A stretch of 64,000 nt of DNA from the NCBI RefSeq assembly GCF_009914755.1, contig NC_060925.1; one strand, given 5' to 3'. Origin of the DNA: the human T2T-CHM13v2.0 reference genome, Homo sapiens. Position 1 is the first letter of the stretch. Each line of letters starts with the position of its first letter. The notes below the pieces were generated by a model. It was not told the origin of the DNA, did no database searches, and saw only the letters and a list, made by a program, of their open reading frames with translations. A program made the translations under genes and the position numbers. Of this stretch, positions 1-11,578 are shown one piece after another.

Positions 1-57
1 GAATCGCATGGAATCATCATCAAATGGAATCGAATGGAATCATCATCAAATGGAATC

Positions 58-68
58 TAATGGAATCA
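58..68 (+). promoter_or_regulatory. DUX4-consensus-like motif TAATGGAATCA (site 1 of the unit)
   Basis: Matches the TAAYBBAATCA double-homeodomain consensus and repeats in most units. DUX4 binding and induction of HSATII is established; occupancy here cannot be shown from sequence. Confidence 0.55.
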
Positions 69-990
69 TTGAACAGAATTGAATGGAATCGTCATCGAAT
101 GAATTGAATGCAATCATCGAATGGTCTCGAATGGAATCATCTTCTAATGGAAAGGAATGGAATCATCGCATAGAATCGAATGGAATTATCATCGAATGGA
201 ATCGAATGGTATCAACACCAAACGGAAAAAAACGGAATTATCGAATGGAATCGAAGAGAATCTTCGAACGGACCCGAATGGAATCATCTAATGGAATGGA
301 ATGGAATAATCCATGGACTCGAATGCAATCATCATCGAATGGAATCGAATGGAATCATCGAATGGACTCGAATGGAATAATCATTGAACGGAATCGAATG
401 GAATCATCATCGGATGGAAACGAATGGAATCATCATCGAATGGAAATGAAAGGAGTCATCATCTAATGGAATTGCATGGAATCATCATAAAATGGAATCG
501 AATGGAATCAACATCAAATGGAATCAAATGGAATCATTGAACGGAATTGAATGGAATCGTCATCGAATGAATTGACTGCAATCATCGAATGGTCTCGAAT
601 GGAATCATCTTCAAATGGAATGGAATGGAATCATCGCATAGAATCGAATGGAATTATCATCGAATGGAATCGAATGGAATCAACATCAAACGGAAAAAAA
701 CGGAATTATCGAATGGAATCGAAGAGAATCATCGAATGGACCCGAATGGAATCATCTAATGGAATGGAATGGAATAATCCATGGACTCGAATGCAATCAT
801 CATCGAATGGAATCGAATGGAATCATCGAATGGACTCGAATGGAATAATCATTGAACGGAATCGAATGGAATCATCATCGGATGGAAATGAATGGAATCA
901 TCATCGAATGGAATCGAATAGAATTATGGAATGAAATCCAGTGTGATCATCATCGAATGGACCCGAATGGAATCATCATCCAACGGAAGC

Positions 991-1001
991 TAATGGAATC
1001 A
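991..1001 (+). promoter_or_regulatory. DUX4-consensus-like motif TAATGGAATCA (site 2 of the unit)
   Basis: GGAAGCTAATGGAATCAAC; same consensus match, present in units that retain the 713-bp segment. Confidence 0.55.
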
Positions 1002-1698
1002 ACATCGAATGAATCGAATGGAAACACCATCGAATTGAAACGAATGGAATTATCATGAAATTGAAATGGATGGACTCATCATCGAATGGATTCGAATGGA
1101 ATCATCGAATAAAATTGATTGAAATCATCATCGAATGGAATCGAATGGTATCATTGAATGGAATCGAATGGAATCATCATCAGATGGAAATGAATGGAAT
1201 CGTCATAGAATGGAATCGAATGGATTCATTGAATGGAATCAGATGGAATCATCGAATGGACTGGAATGGAATCATTGAATGGACTCGAAAGGGATCATTA
1301 TTGAATGGAATTGAATGGAATCATCGAATGGTCTCGATTGGAATCATTATCAAATGGAATCGAATGGAATCACCGAATAGAATCGAATGGAACAATCATC
1401 GAATGGACTCAAATGGAATTATCCTCCAATGGAATCGAATGGAATTATCGAATGCAATCGAATGGAATTATCGAATGCAATCGAATAGAATCATCGAATG
1501 GACTCGAATGGAATCATCGAATGGAATGGAATGGAACAGTCAATGAACTCGAATGGAATCATCATTGAATGGAATCGAATGGAATCATCGAGTGGAATCG
1601 AATGGAATTATGATCAAATGGAATCGAATGTAATCATCATCAAATGGAATCAAAAATAACCATCATCAATTGGTATTGAATGGAATTGTCATCAAATG

Positions 1699-1704
1699 GA
1701 ATTC
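1699..1704. other. Conserved EcoRI site (GAATTC), one per unit, giving the 1.77-kb restriction periodicity
   Basis: GGAATTCAAAGG at 1698-1709 recurs in each unit inspected (e.g. 3475, 31083). Confidence 0.9.
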
Positions 1705-1745
1705 AAAGGAATCACCATCAAATGGAACCGAATGGAATCCTCATT

Positions 1746-2681
1746 GAATGGAAATGAAAGGGGTCATCATCTAATGGAATCGCATGGAATCATCATCAAA
1801 TGGAATCGAATGGAATCATCATCAAATGGAATCTAATGGAATCATTGAACAGAATTGAATGGAATCGTCATCGAATGAATTGAATGCAATCATCGAATGG
1901 TCTCGAATGGAATCATCTTCTAATGGAAAGGAATGGAATCATCGCATAGAATCGAATGGAATTATCATCGAATGGAATCGAATGGTATCAACACCAAACG
2001 GAAAAAAACGGAATTATCGAATGGAATCGAAGAGAATCTTCGAACGGACCCGAATGGAATCATCTAATGGAATGGAATGGAATAATCCATGGACTCGAAT
2101 GCAATCATCATCGAATGGAATCGAATGGAGTCATCGAATGGACTCGAATGGAATAATCATTGAACGGAATCGAATGGAATCATCATCGGATGGAAACGAA
2201 TGGAATCATCATCGAATGGAAATGAAAGGAGTCATCATCTAATGGAATTGCATGGAATCATCATAAAATGGAATCGAATGGAATCAACATCAAATGGAAT
2301 CAAATGGAATCATTGAACGGAATTGAATGGAATCGTCATCGAATGAATTGACTGCAATCATCGAATGGTCTCGAATGGAATCATCTTCAAATGGAATGGA
2401 ATGGAATCATCGCATAGAATCGAATGGAATTATCATCGAATGGAATCGAATGGAATCAACATCAAACGGAAAAAAACAGAATTATCGTATGGAATCGAAG
2501 AGAATCATCGAATGGACCCGAATGGAATCATCTAATGGAATGGAATGGAATAATCCATGGACTCGAATGCAATCATCATCGAATGGAATCGAATGGAATC
2601 ATCGAATGGACTCGAATGGAATAATCATTGAACGGAATCGAATGGAATCATCATCGGATGGAAATGAATGGAATCATCATC
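1746..2681 (+). repeat. Internal 468-bp direct duplication (subunits A and B) inside each 1776-bp unit (representative copy)
   Basis: GAATGGAAATGAAAGGGGTC at 1746 pairs with GAATGGAAATGAAAGGAGTC at 2214, and ORF anchors 83/551 and 1859/2327 are 468 bp apart. Diagnostic A/B differences: GAACAG/GAACGG, TTGAATGC/TTGACTGC, TTCTAATGGAAAGG/TTCAAATGGAATGG, GGTATCAACACC/GGAATCAACATC, ATCTTCGAACGG/ATCATCGAATGG. Confidence 0.93.
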
Positions 2682-5410
2682 GAATGGAATCGAATAGAAT
2701 TATGGAATGAAATCCAGTGTGATCATCATCGAATGGACCCGAATGGAATCATCATCCAACGGAAGCTAATGGAATCAACATCGAATGAATCGAATGGAAA
2801 CACCATCGAATTGAAACGAATGGAATTATCATGAAATTGAAATGGATGGACTCATCATCGAATGGATTCGAAAGGAATCATCGAATAAAATTGATTGAAA
2901 TCATCATCAAATGGAATCGAATGGTATCATTGAATGGAATCGAATGGAATCATCATCAGATGGAAATGAATGGAATCGTCATAGAATGGAATCGAATGGA
3001 TTCATTGAATGGAATCAGATGGAATCATCGAATGGACTGGAATGGAATCATTGAATGGACTCGAAAGGGATCATGATTGAATGGAATTGAATGGAATCAT
3101 CGAATGGTCTCGATTGGAATCATTATCAAATGGAATCGAATGGAATCACCGAATAGAATCGAATGGAACAATCATCGAATGGACTCTAATGGAATTATCC
3201 TCCAATGGAATCGAATGGAATTATCGAATGCAATCGAATGGAATTATCGAATGCAATCGAATAGAATCATCGAATGGACTCGAATGGAATCATCGAATGG
3301 AATGGAATGGAACAGTCAATGAACTCGAATGGAATCATCATTGAAAGGAATCGAATGGAATCATCGAGTGGAATCGAATGGAATTATGATCAAATGGAAT
3401 CGAATGTAATCATCATCAAATGGAATCAAAAATAACCATCATCAATTGGTATTGAATGGAATTGTCATCAAATGGAATTCAAAGGAATCATCATCAAATG
3501 GAACCGAATGGAATCCTCATTGAATGGAAATGAAAGGGGTCATCATCTAATGGAATCGCATGGAATCATCATCAAATGGAATCGAATGGAATCATCATCA
3601 AATGGAATCTAATGGAATCATTGAACAGAATTGAATGGAATCGTCATCGAATGAATTGAATGCAATCATCGAATGGTCTCGAATGGAATCATCTTCTAAT
3701 GGAAAGGAATGGAATCATCGCATAGAATCGAACGGAATTATCATCGAATGGAATCGAATGGTATCAACACCAAACGGAAAAAAACGGAATTATCGAATGG
3801 AATCGAAGAGAATCTTCGAACGGACCCGAATGGAATCATCTAATGGAATGGAATGGAATAATCCATGGACTCGAATGCAATCATCATCGAATGGAATCGA
3901 ATGGAATCATCGAATGGACTCGAATGGAATAATCATTGAACGGAATCGAATGGAATCATCATCGGATGGAAATGAATGGAATCATCATCGAATGGAAATG
4001 AAAGGAGTCATCATCTAATGGAATTGCATGGAATCATCATAAAATGGAATCGAATGGAATCAACATCAAATGGAATCAAATGGAATCATTGAACGGAATT
4101 GAATGGAATCGTCATCGAATGAATTGACTGCAATCATCGAATGGTCTCGAATGGAATCATCTTCAAATGGAAGGGAATGGAATCATCGCATAGAATCGAA
4201 TGGAATTATCATCGAATGGAATCGAATGGAATCAACATCAAACGGAAAAAAACAGAATTATCGTATGGAATCGAAGAGAATCATCGAATGGACCCGAATG
4301 GAATCATCTAATGGAATGGAATGGAATAATCCATGGACTCGAATGCAATCATCATCGAATGGAATCGAATGGAATCATCGAATGGACTCGAATGGAATAA
4401 TCATTGAACGGAATCGAATGGAATCATCATCGGATGGAAATGAATGGAATCATCATCGAATGGAATCGAATAGAATTATGGAATGAAATCCAGTGTGATC
4501 ATCATCGAATGGACCCGAATGGAATCATCATCCAACGGAAGCTAATGGAATCAACATCGAATGAATCGAATGGAAACATCATCGAATTGAAACGAATGGA
4601 ATTATCATGAAATTGAAATGGATGGACTCATCATCGAATGGATTCGAATGGAATCATCGAATAAAATTGATTGAAATCATCATCCAATGGAATCGAATGG
4701 TATCATTGAATGGAATCGAATGGAATCATCATCAGATGGAAATGAATGGAATCGTCATAGAATGGAATCGAATGGATTCATTGAATGGAATCAGATGGAA
4801 TCATCGAATGGACTGGAATGGAATCATTGAATGGACTCGAAAGGGATCATGATTGAATGGAATTGAATGGAATCATCGAATGGTCTCGATTGGAATCATT
4901 ATCAAATGGAATCGAATGGAATCACCGAATAGAATCGAATGGAACAATCATCGAATGGACTCAAATGGAATTATCCTCAAATGGAATCGAATGGAATTAT
5001 CGAATGCAATCGAATGGAATTATCGAATGCAATCGAATAGAATCATCGAAAGGACTCGAATGGAATCATCGAATGGAATGGAATGGAACAGTCAATGAAC
5101 TCGAATGGAATCATCATTGAATGGAATCGAATGCAATCATCGAGTGGAATCGAATGGAATTATGATCAAATGGAATCGAATGTAATCATCATCAAATGGA
5201 ATCAAAAATAACCATCAACAATTGGTATTGAATGGAATTGTCATCAAATGGAATTCAAAGGAATCATCATCAAATGGAACCGAATGGAATCCTCATTGAA
5301 TGGAAATGAAAGGGGTCATCATCTAATGGAATCGCATGGAATCATCATCAAATGGAATCGAATGGAATCATCATCAAATGGAATCTAATGGAATCATTGA
5401 ACAGAATTGA

Positions 5411-6718
5411 ATGGAATCGTCATCGAATGAATTGAATGCAATCATCGAATGGTCTCGAATGGAATCATCTTCTAATGGAAAGGAATGGAATCATCGCATA
5501 GAATCGAACGGAATTATCATCGAATGGAATCGAATGGTATCAACACCAAACGGAAAAAAACGGAATTATCGAATGGAATCGAAGAGAATCTTCGAACGGA
5601 CCCGAATGGAATCATCTAATGGAATGGAATGGAATAATCCATGGACTCGAATGCAATCATCATCGAATGGAATCGAATGGAATCATCGAATGGACTCGAA
5701 TGGAATAATCATTGAACGGAATCGAATGGAATCATCATCGGATGGAAATGAATGGAATCATCATCGAATGGAATCGAATAGAATTATGGAATGAAATCCA
5801 GTGTGATCATCATCGAATGGACCCGAATGGAATCATCATCCAACGGAAGCTAATGGAATCAACATCGAATGAATCGAATGGAAACACCATGGAATTGAAA
5901 CGAATGGAATTATCATGAAATTGAAATGGATGGACTCATCATCGAATGGATTCGAATGGAATCATCGAATAAAATTGATTGAAATCATCATCCAATGGAA
6001 TCGAATGGTATCATTGAATGGAATCGAATGGAATCATCATCAGATGGAAATGAATGGAATCGTCATAGAATGGAATCGAATGGATTCATTGAATGGAATC
6101 AGATGGAATCATCGAATGGACTGGAATGGAAACATTGAATGGACTCGAAAGGGATCATTATTGAATGGAATTGAATGGAATCATCGAATGGTCTCGATTG
6201 GAATCATTACCAAATGGAATCGAATGGAATCACCGAATAGAATCGAATGGAACAATCATCGAATGGACTCAAATGGAATTATCCTCAAATGGAATCGAAT
6301 GGAATTATCGAATGCAATCGAATGGAATTATCGAATGCAATCGAATAGAATCATCGAATGGACTCGAATGGAATCATCGAATGGAATGGAATGGAACAGT
6401 CAATGAACTCGAATGGAATCATCATTGAATGGAATCGAATGGAATCATCGAGTGGAATCGAATGGAATTATGATCAAATGGAATCGAATGTAATCATCAT
6501 CAAATGGAATCAAAAATAACCATCATCAATTGGTATTGAATGGAATTGTCATCAAATGGAATTCAAAGGAATCATCATCAAATGGAACCGAATGGAATCC
6601 TCATTGAATGGAAATGAAAGGGGTCATCATCTAATGGAATCGCATGGAATCATCATCAAATGGAATCGAATGGAATCATCATCAAATGGAATCTAATGGA
6701 ATCATTGAACAGAATTGA
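5411..6718 (+). repeat. 1308-bp variant unit (one 468-bp subunit missing; A head with B exit)
   Basis: Anchor spacing 5411 to 6719. A-type SNPs are followed directly by GAATAGAATTATGG. An identical-looking copy lies at 10271-11578. Confidence 0.92.
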
Positions 6719-9700
6719 ATGGAATCGTCATCGAATGAATTGAATGCAATCATCGAATGGTCTCGAATGGAATCATCTTCTAATGGAAAGGAATGGAATC
6801 ATCGCATAGAATCGAATGGAATTATCATCGAATGGAATCGAATGGTATCAACACCAAACGGAAAAAAACGGAATTATCGAATGGAATCGAAGAGAATCTT
6901 CGAACGGACCCGAATGGAATCATCTAATGGAATGGAATGGAATAATCCATGGACTCGAATGCAATCATCATCGAATGGAATCGAATGGAGTCATCGAATG
7001 GACTCGAATGGAATAATCATTGAACGGAATCGAATGGAATCATCATCGGATGGAAACGAATGGAATCATCATCGAATGGAAATGAAAGGAGTCATCATCT
7101 AATGGAATTGCATGGAATCATCATAAAATGGAATCGAATGGAATCAACATCAAATGGAATCAAATGGAATCATTGAACGGAATTGAATGGAATCGTCATC
7201 GAATGAATTGACTGCAATCATCGAATGGTCTCGAATGGAATCATCTTCAAATGGAATGGAATGGAATCACCGCATAGAATCGAATGGAATTATCATCGAA
7301 TGGAATCGAATGGAATCAACACCAAACGGAAAAAAACGGAATTATCGAATGGAATCGAAGAGAATCTTCGAACGGACCCGAATGGAATCATCTAATGGAA
7401 TGGAATGGAATAATCCATGGACTCGAATGCAATCATCATCGAATGGAATCGAATGGAATCATCGAATGGACTCGAATGGAATAATCATTGAACGGAATCG
7501 AATGGAATCATCATCGGATGGAAATGAATGGAATCATCATCGAATGGAATCGAATAGAATTATGGAATGAAATCCAGTGTGATCATCATCGAATGGACCC
7601 GAATGGAATCATCATCCAACGGAAGCTAATGGAATCAACATCGAATGAATCGAATGGAAACACCATTGAATTGAAACGAATGGAATTATCATGAAATTGA
7701 AATGGATGGACTCATCATCGAATGGATTCGAATGGAATCATCGAATAAAATTGATTGAAATCATCATCCAATGGAATCGAATGGTATCATTGAATGGAAT
7801 CGAATGGAATCATCATCAGATGGAAATGAATGGAATCGTCATAGAATGGAATCGAATGGATTCATTGAATGGAATCAGATGGAATCATCGAATGGACTGG
7901 AATGGAAACATTGAATGGACTCGAAAGGGATCATTATTGAATGGAATTGAATGGAATCATCGAATGGTCTCGATTGGAATCATTACCAAATGGAATCGAA
8001 TGGAATCACCGAATAGAATCGAATGGAACAATCATCGAATGGACTCAAATGGAATTATCCTCAAATGGAATCGAATGGAATTATCGAATGCAATCGAATG
8101 GAATTATCGAATGCAATCGAATAGAATCATCGAATGGACTCGAATGGAATCATCGAATGGAATGGAATGGAACAGTCAATGAACTCGAATGGAATCATCA
8201 TTGAATGGAATCGAATGGAATCATCGAGTGGAATCGAATGGAATTATGATCAAATGGAATCGAATGTAATCATCATCAAATGGAATCAAAAATAACCATC
8301 ATCAATTGGTATTGAATGGAATTGTCATCAAATGGAATTCAAAGGAATCATCATCAAATGGAACCGAATGGAATCCTCATTGAATGGAAATGAAAGGGGT
8401 CATCATCTAATGGAATCGCATGGAATCATCATCAAATGGAATCGAATGGAATCATCATCAAATGGAATCTAATGGAATCATTGAACAGAATTGAATGGAA
8501 TCGTCATCGAATGAATTGAATGCAATCATCGAATGGTCTCGAATGGAATCATCTTCTAATGGAAAGGAATGGAATCATCGCATAGAATCGAATGGAATTA
8601 TCATCGAATGGAATCGAATGGTATCAACACCAAACGGAAAAAAACGGAATTATCGAATGGAATCGAAGAGAATCTTCGAACGGACCCGAATGGAATCATC
8701 TAATGGAATGGAATGGAATAATCCATGGACTCGAATGCAATCATCATCGAATGGAATCGAATGGAATCATCGAATGGACTCGAATGGAATAATCATTGAA
8801 CGGAATCGAATGGAATCATCATCGGATGGAAATGAATGGAATCATCATCGAATGGAAATGAAAGGAGTCATCATCTAATGGAATTGCATGGAATCATCAT
8901 AAAATGGAATCGAATGGAATCAACATCAAATGGAATCAAATGGAATCATTGAACGGAATTGAATGGAATCGTCATCGAATGAATTGACTGCAATCATCGA
9001 ATGGTCTCGAATGGAATCATCTTCAAATGGAAGGGAATGGAATCATCGCATAGAATCGAATGGAATTATCATCGAATGGAATCGAATGGAATCAACATCA
9101 AACGGAAAAAAACAGAATTATCGTATGGAATCGAAGAGAATCATCGAATGGACCCGAATGGAATCATCTAATGGAATGGAATGGAATAATCCATGGACTC
9201 GAATGCAATCATCATCGAATGGAATCGAATGGAATCATCGAATGGACTCGAATGGAATAATCATTGAACGGAATCGAATGGAATCATCATCGGATGGAAA
9301 TGAATGGAATCATCATCGAATGGAATCGAATAGAATTATGGAATGAAATCCAGTGTGATCATCATCGAATGGACCCGAATGGAATCATCATCCAACGGAA
9401 GCTAATGGAATCAACATCGAATGAATCGAATGGAAACATCATCGAATTGAAACGAATGGAATTATCATGAAATTGAAATGGATGGACTCATCATCGAATG
9501 GATTCGAATGGAATCATCGAATAAAATTGATTGAAATCATCATCCAATGGAATCGAATGGTATCATTGAATGGAATCGAATGGAATCATCATCAGATGGA
9601 AATGAATGGAATCGTCATAGAATGGAATCGAATGGATTCATTGAATGGAATCAGATGGAATCATCGAATGGACTGGAATGGAATCATTGAATGGACTCGA

Positions 9701-10270
9701 AAGGGATCATGATTGAATGGAATTGAATGGAATCATCGAATGGTCTCGATTGGAATCATTATCAAATGGAATCGAATGGAATCACCGAATAGAATCGAAT
9801 GGAACAATCATCGAATGGACTCAAATGGAATTATCCTCAAATGGAATCGAATGGAATTATCGAATGCAATCGAATGGAATTATCGAATGCAATCGAATAG
9901 AATCATCGAAAGGACTCGAATGGAATCATCGAATGGAATGGAATGGAACAGTCAATGAACTCGAATGGAATCATCATTGAATGGAATCGAATGCAATCAT
10001 CGAGTGGAATCGAATGGAATTATGATCAAATGGAATCGAATGTAATCATCATCAAATGGAATCAAAAATAACCATCAACAATTGGTATTGAATGGAATTG
10101 TCATCAAATGGAATTCAAAGGAATCATCATCAAATGGAACCGAATGGAATCCTCATTGAATGGAAATGAAAGGGGTCATCATCTAATGGAATCGCATGGA
10201 ATCATCATCAAATGGAATCGAATGGAATCATCATCAAATGGAATCTAATGGAATCATTGAACAGAATTGA

Positions 10271-11578
10271 ATGGAATCGTCATCGAATGAATTGAATGCA
10301 ATCATCGAATGGTCTCGAATGGAATCATCTTCTAATGGAAAGGAATGGAATCATCGCATAGAATCGAACGGAATTATCATCGAATGGAATCGAATGGTAT
10401 CAACACCAAACGGAAAAAAACGGAATTATCGAATGGAATCGAAGAGAATCTTCGAACGGACCCGAATGGAATCATCTAATGGAATGGAATGGAATAATCC
10501 ATGGACTCGAATGCAATCATCATCGAATGGAATCGAATGGAATCATCGAATGGACTCGAATGGAATAATCATTGAACGGAATCGAATGGAATCATCATCG
10601 GATGGAAATGAATGGAATCATCATCGAATGGAATCGAATAGAATTATGGAATGAAATCCAGTGTGATCATCATCGAATGGACCCGAATGGAATCATCATC
10701 CAACGGAAGCTAATGGAATCAACATCGAATGAATCGAATGGAAACACCATGGAATTGAAACGAATGGAATTATCATGAAATTGAAATGGATGGACTCATC
10801 ATCGAATGGATTCGAATGGAATCATCGAATAAAATTGATTGAAATCATCATCCAATGGAATCGAATGGTATCATTGAATGGAATCGAATGGAATCATCAT
10901 CAGATGGAAATGAATGGAATCGTCATAGAATGGAATCGAATGGATTCATTGAATGGAATCAGATGGAATCATCGAATGGACTGGAATGGAAACATTGAAT
11001 GGACTCGAAAGGGATCATTATTGAATGGAATTGAATGGAATCATCGAATGGTCTCGATTGGAATCATTACCAAATGGAATCGAATGGAATCACCGAATAG
11101 AATCGAATGGAACAATCATCGAATGGACTCAAATGGAATTATCCTCAAATGGAATCGAATGGAATTATCGAATGCAATCGAATGGAATTATCGAATGCAA
11201 TCGAATAGAATCATCGAATGGACTCGAATGGAATCATCGAATGGAATGGAATGGAACAGTCAATGAACTCGAATGGAATCATCATTGAATGGAATCGAAT
11301 GGAATCATCGAGTGGAATCGAATGGAATTATGATCAAATGGAATCGAATGTAATCATCATCAAATGGAATCAAAAATAACCATCATCAATTGGTATTGAA
11401 TGGAATTGTCATCAAATGGAATTCAAAGGAATCATCATCAAATGGAACCGAATGGAATCCTCATTGAATGGAAATGAAAGGGGTCATCATCTAATGGAAT
11501 CGCATGGAATCATCATCAAATGGAATCGAATGGAATCATCATCAAATGGAATCTAATGGAATCATTGAACAGAATTGA
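10271..11578 (+). repeat. 1308-bp variant unit (copy of 5411-6718)
   Basis: Anchor spacing 10271 to 11579 and the same private SNPs as 5411-6718. Confidence 0.92.

Larger units (their letters stand above)
83..1858 (+). repeat. Canonical 1776-bp repeat unit (representative copy)
   Basis: The anchor ATGGAATCGTCATCGAATGAATTG recurs. Exact 1776-bp units start at 83, 1859, 3635, 6719, 8495, 11579, 13355, 15131, 18684, 20460, 24852, 26628, 29467, 32453, 36747, 42794, 44570, 48590, 57335 and 59111. Once-per-unit landmarks are AATCCAGTGTGATC, CAACGGAAGCTAAT, GAACAGTCAATG and CAAAAATAACC. Confidence 0.95.
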
